Notes: generated from the sequence alone by a model not told the origin. A stretch of 64,000 nucleotides of DNA from a bacterium (GCA_016124905.1 WGMV01000006.1:10157-74156); one strand, 5' to 3'. Shown: positions 1-9,965, counted from the first letter of the stretch. A program made the numbers and translations.

Positions 1-147
1 AAGGATGAAGCAAAAGCCGCTGCCCCCAAGGCTGCGCCTGCTGCTAAAAAAGCCGCTCCGGCCAAAGCCAAACCCGCCAAGGCATCCAACAAGCCTGTGC
101 GCGTAGCCAAGGCAAAAACGGCCGCTTACAAGGCTGCCGGTGGCAAA
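1..147 (+). CDS. Ala/Lys/Pro-rich coding-like segment, in frame with and uninterrupted up to rpmD (5' end outside window)
   Basis: Frame +1 is open from nt 1 to the L30 stop at 318. Translation is [49 protein letters not shown]. The only in-frame start before ATG-148 is GTG-97. The other two frames stop at 6-8 (TGA) and 104-106 (TAG). Confidence 0.35.
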
Positions 148-318
148 ATGATCAAGGTGCGCCAGGTTGCAAGCCCCATTGGCCGCACCCAGGACCAGCG
201 CGCCACGCTGATCGGCCTCGGCCTCAACAAACTGCATCGTGAAAACGAACTTCAGGATACACCTGCCGTTCGTGGCATGATCGCGAAACTGCAACATCTG
301 GTGAAGGTGGTCGGCTAA
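148..318 (+). CDS. rpmD: 50S ribosomal protein L30 (conservative core from ATG-148)
   Basis: [29 protein letters not shown]... fits the L30 pattern (IKVxQxxSxIGxxxxxxxTLxGLGL). It sits directly upstream of L15 and secY. Confidence 0.85.
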   Translation: MIKVRQVASPIGRTQDQRATLIGLGLNKLHRENELQDTPAVRGMIAKLQHLVKVVG

Positions 319-344
319 CTGCCACCCCACTTTAGGAGGAATCC

Positions 345-821
345 ATGCGTTTGAATCAACTGGCCGATAACCCCGGCGCCCGCAAAGGCAAAATCCGCGT
401 CGGTCGCGGTATCGGTAGCGGCAAAGGCAAAACCGGCGGACGCGGCGTAAAAGGCCAGAAATCTCGTACCGGCGTGGCCATCAAAGGCTTTGAAGGCGGC
501 CAGATGCCGCTGTACCGTCGTCTGCCGAAGCGCGGCTTCACCAGCATGAACCCGGTGGAATACGCCGTGATCAACCTGGCTGACATCCAGCGCTTCATCG
601 ACAGCGGCAAGCTGAAAGCCGGTGAAACCGTCACCAGCGACGCGCTCGTCGAAAAAGGCATCATCCGCCGTAAGCTTGATGGCGTTAAACTGCTCGCCAA
701 AGGCAAGCTGAACGACAAAATCACGCTGAAAATCGACGCGGCTTCCGCTGCTGCCATCGAAGCGGTGAAAAAAGCTGGCGGTTCCGTTGAAGTTCCGGCC
801 AAGGCTGAAAAAGCTGCTTAA
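345..821 (+). CDS. rplO: 50S ribosomal protein L15
   Basis: Gly/Lys-rich N-terminus [28 protein letters not shown] lies upstream of the ATG. Synteny is L30-L15-SecY. Confidence 0.9.
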   Translation: MRLNQLADNPGARKGKIRVGRGIGSGKGKTGGRGVKGQKSRTGVAIKGFEGGQMPLYRRLPKRGFTSMNPVEYAVINLADIQRFIDSGKLKAGETVTSDALVEKGIIRRKLDGVKLLAKGKLNDKITLKIDAASAAAIEAVKKAGGSVEVPAKAEKAA

Positions 822-840
822 CCGATGAATGACTGACCAG

Positions 841-876
841 AAAATGGCTTCCAGTTCTTGGAAGCCATTTTTTTTT
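841..876 (+). terminator. Rho-independent terminator or attenuator between rplO and secY
   Basis: 9-bp stem TGGCTTCCA (845-853) / TGGAAGCCA (859-867) with a 5-nt loop. It is followed by T9 (868-876) and preceded by A4, so the shape is bidirectional. Confidence 0.75.
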
Positions 877-991
877 GGCCTATCTTTTGCTCACCATTAC
901 AAAATCTATTGTGATGGCGGGTTAGAGCCACTACAACATTTCGGCGTTTCATGGGGTAATGCCCATACGCCTATTCATGACGGAGAAAAGA

Positions 992-2341
992 ATGGCATCC
1001 GCCGCCGAGAAACTGGCACGAAATTTCAGCATGGGCAGTTTTGCCAAGGCCACCGAACTCAAGAACCGCCTCTGGTTTGTACTTGGCGCCCTCATCGTTT
1101 ACCGCATCGGCACCTACATTCCGCTTCCCGGCATCGATCCCGTGGTGCTGAAAGAGGTGTTCAGCCAGCATTCCCAGGGTGTTCTCGGCATGTTCAACAT
1201 GCTCGCCGGTGGCGCGCTTCAGCGTATGACCATCTTTGCCCTCAACGTCATGCCCTACATTACCGCCTCCATTGTTATGCAATTGATGACCGGTGTCTTC
1301 AAAAGCCTGGAGCAGATGAAGAAGGAAGGCGAAGTAGGAAGACGCAAAATCAACCAGTATACACGTTATTTCGCCGTCATGTTGGCTCTGGTGCAGGGCT
1401 ACGGCATCTCTGTCGGACTGGAAGGCATGCAGGGCGCCAGCGGGCCGCTGGTGATGGATGCGGGGTTGTTCTTCCGCGTCACCACCGCCATTACGCTCTG
1501 CGGCGGCACCATGTTCCTGCTCTGGCTGGGTGAGCAAATCACCTCGCGCGGCATCGGCAACGGCACGTCGCTCATCATTTTCACCGGTATCGTGGCCAAC
1601 CTTCCCAACGCGCTCGGCAACATGTTCGAACTCGGCAGGCGAGGGGCTTTTCCGATTGAGCTGGTGCTGGCCGTGCTTGCGCTGGCTGCCGGCCTGATCA
1701 TCCTGATCGTGTTTGTGGAGCGCGCCCAGCGCCGCATCCTGGTGCAATACCCGAAACGCCAGATTGGCAATAAAATGACCGGTGGCGAAGCCACGCACCT
1801 GCCGCTGAAGCTGAACACCGCAGGCGTGATTCCGCCGATTTTTGCCGGTTCGCTGCTGCTGTTCCCGCTCACCATCGCCAACTTCAACGCGGGCAAGGGG
1901 CCGGAATGGCTGCGCGCGGTCTCCGCCCATCTGGGCCATGGCCAGCCGCTTTACATTCTGTTGTATGTGGCAGCCATTGTGTTCTTCTGCTTCTTCTACA
2001 CGGCCGTGGTGTTCAACCCCAAGGATACGGCGGAAAACCTCAAGAAAAACGGCGGTTTCGTACCTGGCATCCGCCCCGGCCAGAACACCGCGGATTACCT
2101 GGATTACGTACTCACCCGCCTGACGGTGATCGGCGCGGCGTATATTTCCATCGTCTGCGTAATTCCCGAGGTGCTGATCGCCAAATATTCCGTGCCTTTC
2201 TATCTGGGCGGCACCAGTCTTCTGATCGTGGTCAATGTCACCATCGACACGGTGACGCAAATCCAGTCGCACATGTTCGCCCATCAGTATGAGGGGCTCA
2301 TCAAAAAATCCCGCCTTGTCACCAAGAGGCAGAAAGCGTGA
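992..2341 (+). CDS. secY: Preprotein translocase subunit SecY
   Basis: 449-aa polytopic membrane protein with a typical SecY N-terminus (LKNRLWFVLGALIVYRIGTYIPLPGID). GGAGAAAAG precedes ATG-992. The track start at 959 is probably too far upstream. Confidence 0.9.
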   Translation: MASAAEKLARNFSMGSFAKATELKNRLWFVLGALIVYRIGTYIPLPGIDPVVLKEVFSQHSQGVLGMFNMLAGGALQRMTIFALNVMPYITASIVMQLMTGVFKSLEQMKKEGEVGRRKINQYTRYFAVMLALVQGYGISVGLEGMQGASGPLVMDAGLFFRVTTAITLCGGTMFLLWLGEQITSRGIGNGTSLIIFTGIVANLPNALGNMFELGRRGAFPIELVLAVLALAAGLIILIVFVERAQRRILVQYPKRQIGNKMTGGEATHLPLKLNTAGVIPPIFAGSLLLFPLTIANFNAGKGPEWLRAVSAHLGHGQPLYILLYVAAIVFFCFFYTAVVFNPKDTAENLKKNGGFVPGIRPGQNTADYLDYVLTRLTVIGAAYISIVCVIPEVLIAKYSVPFYLGGTSLLIVVNVTIDTVTQIQSHMFAHQYEGLIKKSRLVTKRQKA

Positions 2342-3000
2342 ACATCATTCTGCTAGGCCCTCCGGGTGCGGGCAAAGGCACCCAGGCGGACATGCTGACC
2401 GAGCATTACGGCATGGCCAAGCTCTCCACCGGCGACATGCTGCGGGCGGAGGTGGCCAGCGGCTCTGCCATCGGTTCCAAGCTTCAGGCCATCATGAGCC
2501 GCGGCGAACTGGTGCCCGACGACATCATGATCGACATGATCCGCGCGCGCATCCAGAAGCCCGATTGCGGCAACGGCTTCACGCTTGATGGCTTTCCCCG
2601 CACGGAAGGGCAGGCTGCCGCGCTGGATGAGATGCTTGCGAAGGAAAAGAAATCCCTCGATTTCGTCATTGAACTGGCCGTGGACGATAAAATCCTGGTG
2701 GACCGTATTTCAGGCCGTTTCAGCTGCGCCAAATGCGGGGCAGGCTATCATGATCATTTCAAGCCGACCAAGGCATCGGGCATATGCGATGCCTGCGGTA
2801 GCGCCGAGTTCTCCCGCCGGGCGGACGACAATGCCGAGACCGTTGCCAAGCGCCTGAAGGCCTACCATGCGCAGACGGCTCCGTTGCTCCCTTACTATAA
2901 GAAAAAGGGGCTGCTGGTTTCCGTGGACGGCATGGCCCCCATGGAAGACGTCACCGCCTCCATCCGCAAAATCATCATGTCCCAGCCGAGTCGCATTTAA
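2338..3000 (+). CDS. adk: Adenylate kinase (zinc-lid type)
   Basis: P-loop GPPGAGKGT. The LID carries CAKC...CDAC (Cys4). The GTG start overlaps the secY stop (GTGA). Confidence 0.9.
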   Translation: MNIILLGPPGAGKGTQADMLTEHYGMAKLSTGDMLRAEVASGSAIGSKLQAIMSRGELVPDDIMIDMIRARIQKPDCGNGFTLDGFPRTEGQAAALDEMLAKEKKSLDFVIELAVDDKILVDRISGRFSCAKCGAGYHDHFKPTKASGICDACGSAEFSRRADDNAETVAKRLKAYHAQTAPLLPYYKKKGLLVSVDGMAPMEDVTASIRKIIMSQPSRI

Positions 3001-3129
3001 AGGAAATCCGCCGCTTTTCAGCAAATGGCGGCGCGAATGCCAAATGGGACTGGGGCAACGGCCTTTCCGGGCGAAAAATCCCGTGAAAAGCCCGCATGTG
3101 AAAAACCATAAAAAACCCCTAAAGAATCG

Positions 3130-3157
3130 TTGACAAGGCGAACTTTCTTCCTATGAT
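3130..3157 (+). promoter_or_regulatory. Sigma-70-type promoter candidate for the rpsM-rpsK-rpoA-rplQ operon
   Basis: TTGACA (3130-3135), a 16-nt spacer, then TATGAT (3152-3157). An 8-bp inverted repeat TGCACCCT/AGGGTGCA (3157-3178) follows immediately. Confidence 0.5.
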
Positions 3158-3247
3158 GCACCCTCTTTAAAGGGTGCACCCGTGCCTCCAGCCGCGCCGC
3201 GCGTGGCGGAAATGCTAGGGTTAGCAAACAGAATATGGAGATTATCT

Positions 3248-3625
3248 GTGGCACGTATTGCCGGTGTAAACATTCCGACCCAAAAACGCGTTGAAATCGC
3301 GCTCACCTACATTCATGGCATTGGCCTTGCCAAATCCCATGAGATTCTTGGCAAAGCAGCCATCAGCGCCGACAAGCGCGTGAAGGACCTGACCGAGGGT
3401 GAGGTCATCAAACTGCGCGAAATCATCGACCGCGACTACATGGTGGAAGGGGATGTCCGCCGCATGGTGGCCATGAACATCAAGCGTCTGATGGACCTTG
3501 GCTGCTACCGTGGCCTGCGTCATCGCCGCGGCCTGCCGGTTCGCGGTCAGCGCACCAGCAGCAACGCCCGCACCCGCAAGGGCAAAGCGGTCGCCATCGC
3601 CGGCAAGAAAAAAGTCACCAAGTAA
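3248..3625 (+). CDS. rpsM: 30S ribosomal protein S13
   Basis: GTG-3248 gives (M)[29 protein letters not shown] lies 8 nt upstream. The track start at 3182 is probably upstream of the true start. Confidence 0.9.
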   Translation: MARIAGVNIPTQKRVEIALTYIHGIGLAKSHEILGKAAISADKRVKDLTEGEVIKLREIIDRDYMVEGDVRRMVAMNIKRLMDLGCYRGLRHRRGLPVRGQRTSSNARTRKGKAVAIAGKKKVTK

Positions 3626-3648
3626 TTGATTCAGCATAGGTCTTAACC

Positions 3649-4044
3649 ATGAACAGCAAAGACAACACCGCTCGCGTTAAGCGTAAGGATAAGAAGAACA
3701 TCTCCACCGGTGTGGCGCATGTGAATGCGAGCTTCAACAACACCATGATCACGATCACCGATCTTCAGGGCAACGTGATCTCCTGGTCTTCTTCTGGTGC
3801 CAATGGTTTCAAAGGCTCCCGCAAATCCACGCCCTATGCCGCGCAGGTCGCTGCTGAGAAGGCCGGCCGCTCCGCTCAGGAACACGGCCTCCAGACCGTT
3901 TCCGTGCTGGTAAAGGGCCCCGGTTCAGGCCGTGAATCCGCGCTGCGCGCGCTGCAGGCCATCGGTCACAGCATCACCGCCATCAAGGACATCACCCCGA
4001 TTCCGCACAATGGCTGCCGCGCTCCCAAGCGTCGCCGCGTGTAA
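3649..4044 (+). CDS. rpsK: 30S ribosomal protein S11
   Basis: [30 protein letters not shown]... and the C-terminal [13 protein letters not shown] are typical of S11. Confidence 0.9.
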   Translation: MNSKDNTARVKRKDKKNISTGVAHVNASFNNTMITITDLQGNVISWSSSGANGFKGSRKSTPYAAQVAAEKAGRSAQEHGLQTVSVLVKGPGSGRESALRALQAIGHSITAIKDITPIPHNGCRAPKRRRV

Positions 4045-4093
4045 TTAACTCCTTTTTCGACCTTCTCCAACGCATCACCAAGAGGTTCCATCC

Positions 4094-5116
4094 GTGATCA
4101 GCCGCAACTGGAAAGAATTGATTAAGCCGACCAAGCTCGATGTGCAGAAAACCAAAGATGGCAAGCTGCACGCCACCTTCCAGGCTGAACCGCTTGAGCG
4201 TGGCTTCGGCACGACCCTTGGCAACGCGCTTCGCCGCGTGCTGCTTTCTTCCCTTCAGGGTGCGGCCGTCACCAGCGTGAAGATCGAAGGCGTTCTGCAC
4301 GAGTTCAGCTCCGTTGAAGGCGTGCGCGAAGACGTGACCGACATCATCCTCAACATCAAGCAACTGGCCATCCGTTCCCACCGTTCGGAAGGTTCCAAGG
4401 CCAGCATCCGCGCCGAGGGCCCCTGCGTGGTGACCGCCGCCATGATTCAATGCCCGGCCGATCTGGAAATCATTAACAAGGACATGGTGATCTGCCACCT
4501 CGACAAAGGCGCCAAGCTGAATGTGGACCTGACCATCGGCGTTGGCAAAGGCTACCTGCCTGCTTACCAGAACCGCCAGGAAGATGCCCCGATCGGCGTT
4601 ATCCCGGTTGATTCCCTTTTCAGCCCCGTCAAGCGCGTGACCTACAAAGTAGAAAACGCCCGCGTTGGCCAGGTGACCGACTATGACAAACTGACCCTGG
4701 AAGTCGAGACCAACGGCACCGTTTCCCCGGAAGATGCCCTGGCCTTCGCCGCCAAAATCATCCAGGACCAGCTGACGCTGTTCATCAATTTCGACCTGAA
4801 GGACGAAGCCCCGAGCCGTGGCGCCGAGAGCGATTCCCCGTCCATCAACCCGTACCTCCTGAAAAAGGTGGACGAGCTGGAGCTTTCCGTACGTTCGGCA
4901 AACTGCCTGAAAAACGACAACATCGTTTATATTGGCGACCTGGTTCAAAAAACCGAGGCCGAAATGCTGAAAACCCCGAACTTCGGCCGCAAGTCATTGA
5001 ACGAAATCAAGGAAGTTCTCGGCTCCATGAACCTGCGCTTCGGCATGCAGCTGGACAGCTGGCCGCCGGAGAACATCGAAGAACTCGCCAAGAAATTTGA
5101 AGACCCCTACGCATAA
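4094..5116 (+). CDS. rpoA: DNA-directed RNA polymerase alpha subunit
   Basis: 340 aa. N-terminal assembly domain ([16 protein letters not shown]) and C-terminal domain ([23 protein letters not shown]). Synteny is S11-rpoA-L17. Confidence 0.92.
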   Translation: MISRNWKELIKPTKLDVQKTKDGKLHATFQAEPLERGFGTTLGNALRRVLLSSLQGAAVTSVKIEGVLHEFSSVEGVREDVTDIILNIKQLAIRSHRSEGSKASIRAEGPCVVTAAMIQCPADLEIINKDMVICHLDKGAKLNVDLTIGVGKGYLPAYQNRQEDAPIGVIPVDSLFSPVKRVTYKVENARVGQVTDYDKLTLEVETNGTVSPEDALAFAAKIIQDQLTLFINFDLKDEAPSRGAESDSPSINPYLLKKVDELELSVRSANCLKNDNIVYIGDLVQKTEAEMLKTPNFGRKSLNEIKEVLGSMNLRFGMQLDSWPPENIEELAKKFEDPYA

Positions 5117-5159
5117 GCCAAAGGCCTGAGAAAAGGGCCTAAAAGAAGGAAAGACTACC

Positions 5160-5585
5160 ATGCGCCATAATGTAGCAGGACGCAAACTCGGCCGCACCAC
5201 GGCCCACCGCCATCAGCTGTTTGCCAATATGGCAGACGCCCTGGTGAAGCACGAACAAATCGTGACCACCTTGCCGAAAGCCAAGGAACTTCGCCCCTAT
5301 GTGGAGAAGCTGGTGACGCTCGGCAAGAAAGGCGGCCTGCATGCCCGCCGTCAGGCTCTGTCCCTGACCAACAACGAGCAGACCGTCGGCAAGCTCTTCA
5401 GCGAAATCGCTGAGCGTTACAAAGCCCGCCAGGGCGGTTACATCCGCATCATGAAAGCGGGTTTCCGTCATGGTGACAATGCCGCCATGGCCATCATCGA
5501 ATTCGTGGACCGCAACGAAGCCGCCCGCGGCCAGGATTCCGGCCCCGTTCAGGTGCAGGAAACGGAAGAAACCGCCGCTGCATAA
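5160..5585 (+). CDS. rplQ: 50S ribosomal protein L17
   Basis: [25 protein letters not shown]... is the canonical L17 N-terminus. Confidence 0.9.
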   Translation: MRHNVAGRKLGRTTAHRHQLFANMADALVKHEQIVTTLPKAKELRPYVEKLVTLGKKGGLHARRQALSLTNNEQTVGKLFSEIAERYKARQGGYIRIMKAGFRHGDNAAMAIIEFVDRNEAARGQDSGPVQVQETEETAAA

Positions 5586-5608
5586 GCCACGGCGATGATT
5601 CCAACTCA

Positions 5609-5638
5609 AGGGCTGCCCACCGGCAGCCCTTTTTGTTT
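5609..5638 (+). terminator. Rho-independent terminator of the alpha operon
   Basis: Stem AGGGCTGCC (5609-5617) / GGCAGCCCT (5622-5630), loop CACC, then TTTTGTTT. Confidence 0.85.
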
Positions 5639-5732
5639 CTGTGCCTCGCTTGCAGCGCTCTTTTCTTCTGCGGCAGGCACGCTATGATGCGGCGCAAACA
5701 ACCCCTGTCTCCCTTGTTCGAGGATTCTCCCC

Positions 5733-7142
5733 ATGCGTTGGCTTTCCCTGGCCGTTGCCGCCCTTGCCATCCTGTTATTTCTGCGCCCTGAGGCGCAATC
5801 CCAGGGCGCGGCGGCGCAGCTTCCCACCACCCGGCAGGATCTCATGTTCAGCTATGCCCCGCTGGTGAAGAAAACCGCCCCGGCGGTGGTGAACATCTAC
5901 AGCCGCCGCAAGGAACGCACCCTCTCTCCCATCGTCAACGACCCCATGTACCAGCTTTTTTCCGGCGGGCAGGTTCCTGCCGTTATCAAAGAGCGGGTCG
6001 TGCAGTCCCTCGGTTCTGGAGTGATTATTGATCCCAAGGGTGTCATCGTCACCAACGGCCATGTCATCAAGGGCGCGGAGGAAATTCGCGTGGTGCTGGC
6101 CGATAAACGCGAGATGGATGCCAAAGTGATCGTAGCCGACAGCAAAACCGACATCGCCCTGTTAAAGCTCGATGCAGGTGGCGAGCCTTTGCCTTACCTT
6201 GAATTGAAGGATTCCGACGAGGCCCAGGTGGGCGATCTGGTCGTGGCCATTGGCAACCCCTTCGGCCTTGAGCAGACGGTGACCACCGGCATCGTCTCCG
6301 CCCTTGCGCGCACCACCGTCGGCATCACCGACTACCAGTTCTTCATCCAGACCGATGCCGCCATCAACCCCGGCAATTCCGGCGGCGCGCTGGTCACCAT
6401 GGACGGCAAGCTGCTCGGCATCAACACGGCTATTTTCTCCAAAAGTGGTGGTTCACAGGGCATCGGCTTCGCCACGCCTGCCAACATCATCCGCGCCATC
6501 CAAAGCAGCCTCCAGGCCGATGGCAAAATCCTACGCCCATGGATCGGCGCTGGCTTTCAGGCCATTGACGGCAAAATCGCCGAATCCCTCGGCATGCCGC
6601 GCCCCATGGGCGTGCTGGTGGCCCGCGTGATGGACAAGGGCCCGGCAGACCGTGCCGGCCTGAAACTTCAGGACATCATCCTGAAAATCGACAATTACGA
6701 GGTGAACGACCCGCAGACGCTGCGCTACCGCATCGCCACGCTGGCCCCGGGCCGCCAGGTGACGCTGACCGTCAAGCGCTCTAGCGATACGCTCAATATC
6801 CCGCTCCGGCTGGAATCCCCCACCTACAACCCCGCGCCGGATTACCTGAACCTGAAGGGCGAACACCCGCTCTCCGGCACGCGCATCGCCAACCTCTCGC
6901 CGGGGCTGGCCAATGAGCTGGATCTCGACATGGAATCCCGCGGCGTGGTCGTCACCGCAGTGGAGCCGAACAGCCCGGCCGCCCGCATCGGCTTCAAACC
7001 CGGGGATATGATCGACCAGGCCAACGGCCGCAAGGCGGAATCCACCCAGGCGCTGGTGCGCCTGCTGAAGGATGCCACGCGCGAATGGGTGATCGTCGTC
7101 GCCCGTGGTGGGCAAAAGCTTGAACTGCGCTGGGTGCGCTGA
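5733..7142 (+). CDS. Periplasmic serine endoprotease, DegP/HtrA (Do) family
   Basis: N-terminal signal peptide, catalytic-Ser motif GNSGGAL, and two PDZ-like C-terminal segments. Confidence 0.85.
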   Translation: MRWLSLAVAALAILLFLRPEAQSQGAAAQLPTTRQDLMFSYAPLVKKTAPAVVNIYSRRKERTLSPIVNDPMYQLFSGGQVPAVIKERVVQSLGSGVIIDPKGVIVTNGHVIKGAEEIRVVLADKREMDAKVIVADSKTDIALLKLDAGGEPLPYLELKDSDEAQVGDLVVAIGNPFGLEQTVTTGIVSALARTTVGITDYQFFIQTDAAINPGNSGGALVTMDGKLLGINTAIFSKSGGSQGIGFATPANIIRAIQSSLQADGKILRPWIGAGFQAIDGKIAESLGMPRPMGVLVARVMDKGPADRAGLKLQDIILKIDNYEVNDPQTLRYRIATLAPGRQVTLTVKRSSDTLNIPLRLESPTYNPAPDYLNLKGEHPLSGTRIANLSPGLANELDLDMESRGVVVTAVEPNSPAARIGFKPGDMIDQANGRKAESTQALVRLLKDATREWVIVVARGGQKLELRWVR

Positions 7143-8476
7143 TGGGAGACGACCTCTTCATCGCGCCGCCACGGCCGCGCAAGGTGAAGGCGGAGCATAT
7201 ACCGCTGGCCGAGCGCCTGCGCCCCAAGGCGCTGGATGAGGTCATCGGCCAGGAGCATCTGATGGAAGAGGGCGGCCCGCTGGCCGGCATCCTCGCCAGC
7301 GGCCAGCTGCGATCGCTCATCTTCTGGGGTCCGCCCGGCAGTGGCAAAACCACGCTGGCCCGCCTGCTGGCCGAGCATTTTCACATGCCCTATGTCGCGC
7401 TGCCCGCCGTCACCTCCGGCGCGGTCGCCATTCGCGATGTGTGCGAGGACGCCCGAAAACACCATGCCGACCTCGGCCCAACGCTCGTCTTCGCCGACGA
7501 GATCCACCGCTTCAACCGCGCCCAGCAGGATGTCTTTCTGCCTTATCTGGAAGAAGGCAGCGTCATACTCATCGGCGCGACGACTGAAAACCCATCATTT
7601 GAACTCAATGCGGCTCTTTTATCCCGCGCCACGGTGCTGGTGCTGCACGCCTTCGACGAACCCCACCTGGCGGACCTTCTCACACGTGCTGAGCGCCTGG
7701 AAGGCAAAAAACTCCCCCTGACGGACGAAGCCCGCGCCACACTCGTCAGCATGGCCCAGGGCGATGCGCGCTACGCCCTCGGCCTGTCCGAGCAGCTCTG
7801 GCAGGCCGCGCTCAAAAAGCCGCTGGATGTCGCGGGCATGGAGAAACTCCTCTCCCGCCGTGCCGCCGTGTATGACAAGGACCGCGAAAGCCACTACAAC
7901 CTCATCAGCGCCTTGCATAAGTCCCTCCGTTCTTCGGATGTGGATGCCGCGCTCTACTGGTTCGGCCGCATGATCGACGGCGGCGAATCCCCCGCCTACA
8001 TCCTGCGCCGCATGGTGCGCTTCGCCAGCGAGGATATCGGCATGGCCGACAGCAACGCGCTGCTCGTCACCCAGTCCGCCTGGGATGCCTATGACCGTAT
8101 GGGCAGCCCGGAAGGTGAGCTCTGCATCGCTCATGCGGTCGTTTACCTCGCCACTGCGCCCAAATCCAACCGCGTCTACATGGCCTGGAATGCTGCCTTC
8201 CGTGAAGCCAAAGCCACCAGCCACGCCATGCCCCCCATGCACAGCGTCAATGCGCCGACCAAGCTGATGAAGGACCTCGGCTACAGCAAAGGCTATGAAT
8301 ACGACCATGAGCTTGGCACGGGCGATGCCAGTTCGGGCCTGGATTATTTTCCTGAATCCGTCGGCCGCAAGAGCTTCTACCAGCCCAAGCAGGCAGGGCA
8401 GGAGGCCGTCATCGCCGAACGTCTCACCCGCTGGCGCGCGGCCAGGGAAAAGCGACAGAAGGAGAAAACATCATGA
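7142..8476 (+). CDS. rarA: Replication-associated recombination protein A (RarA/MgsA AAA+ ATPase)
   Basis: Walker A GPPGSGKTT and Walker B VFADEIHRFN. C-terminal MgsA-type region (GYSKGYEYDHE). The start overlaps the degP stop by 1 nt. Confidence 0.85.
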   Translation: MGDDLFIAPPRPRKVKAEHIPLAERLRPKALDEVIGQEHLMEEGGPLAGILASGQLRSLIFWGPPGSGKTTLARLLAEHFHMPYVALPAVTSGAVAIRDVCEDARKHHADLGPTLVFADEIHRFNRAQQDVFLPYLEEGSVILIGATTENPSFELNAALLSRATVLVLHAFDEPHLADLLTRAERLEGKKLPLTDEARATLVSMAQGDARYALGLSEQLWQAALKKPLDVAGMEKLLSRRAAVYDKDRESHYNLISALHKSLRSSDVDAALYWFGRMIDGGESPAYILRRMVRFASEDIGMADSNALLVTQSAWDAYDRMGSPEGELCIAHAVVYLATAPKSNRVYMAWNAAFREAKATSHAMPPMHSVNAPTKLMKDLGYSKGYEYDHELGTGDASSGLDYFPESVGRKSFYQPKQAGQEAVIAERLTRWRAAREKRQKEKTS

Positions 8477-8847
8477 TGATGCAGATGCTGCAATTACCCT
8501 TGCTGGTTGGCCTTGGCGGCGCGCTTGGCAGCCTGTGCCGCATGGGGCTGATGCAAAGCATTACCGGCGAGCATGCAGGTGCCCTGGCCGTGCTGGTGGC
8601 CAACATTCTGGGCAGCCTCGCGGCAGGCGTCATGCTCGGGCTGGATCTGCCCGCCTGGTGGCGCAATTTCGCGGTTATTGGCGTGCTGGGCGGCTTCACC
8701 ACCTTTTCCAGCTTTTCGATGATCGCCACCACCTACATCGAGCGCGGCCAGTGGAGCTGGGCGTTCGGCTATGCGCTGGTGAGCGTTATCGGTAGCGTGG
8801 GGGCCTGCGCTGTGGCATACAGCCTGACCAAAGGATTCGCCACATGA
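8473..8847 (+). CDS. crcB: Fluoride ion channel CrcB/FluC
   Basis: 124 aa, 4 TM. GGALGSLCR and GVLGGFTTFSSFS are CrcB signatures. ATGA overlap with rarA. Confidence 0.8.
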   Translation: MMMQMLQLPLLVGLGGALGSLCRMGLMQSITGEHAGALAVLVANILGSLAAGVMLGLDLPAWWRNFAVIGVLGGFTTFSSFSMIATTYIERGQWSWAFGYALVSVIGSVGACAVAYSLTKGFAT

Positions 8848-9809
8848 GCCACGAAGAGACCCCCGCCAAAACCCCCTGGAAGCATCTGCCCGTCAAATCC
8901 GACGATGACGGCATGCGGCTGGACCGGTTCTGCCAGAAATACATGAAGGATGTCAGCTTCGTCGCCGCGCAGACGCTCATCCGCAAAGGCCGTATCAAGC
9001 TGGACGGCAAACGTGCCGACGGCAATGACCGCATCAAGGCGGGGCAGGCGGTGCACCTTGCGCCGGACCTCTTCACCGCCAAGCCGGAGAAGGATGTCGC
9101 CGAGCTCAGCGCCAAGGATGCCGCGCTGGTGAAGAACATGGTCGTCTATCAGGACAAGGACGTCATGGTGCTGAACAAGCCCGCCGGCCTGGCCGTGCAG
9201 GGCGGCAGCAAAATCAGGCAAAGCCTGGATAACATGCTGGTGGCGCTGAAGAAGGATGGCGAAGTGCCCAAGCTCGTCCACCGGCTGGACAAGGAAACCA
9301 GCGGTGCGCTGCTGGTGGCGCGCACGTCGCAGGCCGCGCGCTTTCTCACGCAGCAGTTCCGCGAGCGCGAGATGGAAAAAACCTACATCGCCCTTGTCAT
9401 GGGTGTGCCGGAAAAGCGGCGTGGCGACATCAAGCTGCCCATCGCCAAAGGGCAGGTGGGTGGTGGTTATGAGCAGATGACCGTACAAAAAGGCGGAGAT
9501 CCCGCTTTCACCAAATACGAAGTGCTGGACCTTTTCTCCGACCATGTCGCACTGGTTGCCTTAAAGCCCATTACCGGCCGCACTCACCAGTTACGTGTTC
9601 ACATGGCCGCCATCGGCCATCCTATTCTGGGCGATGAGAAATACGGCAAAAACGCCTGTGTCGAAATCCCCGACGTGGTGGAAATGCAGCTACACGCCTG
9701 GCAAATTCTCGTGCCGCAGCGCACGGGCAGGCCCAAGCTCGTCACCGTGCCGCCGCCGCCCGCCATGAAAAAAGCCATGAGAAAATTTGAACTGGTATTG
9801 CCCGAATAA
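8844..9809 (+). CDS. rluC: RluA-family 23S rRNA pseudouridine synthase (RluC-like, with N-terminal S4 domain)
   Basis: Catalytic motif HRLDKETSGALLVART. S4-like N-terminus. ATGA overlap with crcB. Confidence 0.75.
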   Translation: MSHEETPAKTPWKHLPVKSDDDGMRLDRFCQKYMKDVSFVAAQTLIRKGRIKLDGKRADGNDRIKAGQAVHLAPDLFTAKPEKDVAELSAKDAALVKNMVVYQDKDVMVLNKPAGLAVQGGSKIRQSLDNMLVALKKDGEVPKLVHRLDKETSGALLVARTSQAARFLTQQFREREMEKTYIALVMGVPEKRRGDIKLPIAKGQVGGGYEQMTVQKGGDPAFTKYEVLDLFSDHVALVALKPITGRTHQLRVHMAAIGHPILGDEKYGKNACVEIPDVVEMQLHAWQILVPQRTGRPKLVTVPPPPAMKKAMRKFELVLPE

Positions 9810-9936
9810 CCCCTCACACCAACCCTCTCCCCGCAAGCGGGGAGAGGGAGTTTAGTCATCGTTTGTGCAACACATTATACACAAGGCAAAGCCTGCTCCC
9901 TCTCCCCGCTTGCGGGGAGAGGGTAGGGGTGAGGGG
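9810..9936. repeat. Inverted pair of REP-like hairpin elements
   Basis: 9810-9850 is CCCCTCACACCAACCCTCTCCCCGCAAGCGGGGAGAGGGAG. 9896-9936 is its near-exact reverse complement (38 of 41 positions). Each copy contains its own hairpin CTCTCCCCGC-N4-GCGGGGAGAG. Confidence 0.85.
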
Positions 9937-9965
9937 ATGGCAGCAAAAAAAGGACGAACTTAAGA

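Noticed and set aside
971-2284. 437-aa ORF antisense to secY, plus several shorter ORFs in the same region
   Set aside because: It lies entirely within the well-supported secY gene. Its Arg/Gly/His-rich composition is typical of a GC-rich shadow frame, and it has no recognisable motif.
3001-3045. Terminator after adk (CGCCGC-N13-GCGGCG)
   Set aside because: The stem is short, the loop is 13 nt and no T-tract follows, so support is insufficient to annotate it.
8380-8476. Expected fluoride riboswitch upstream of crcB
   Set aside because: crcB overlaps the end of rarA (ATGA), so no non-coding leader exists. No crcB-motif-like pseudoknot sequence is seen.
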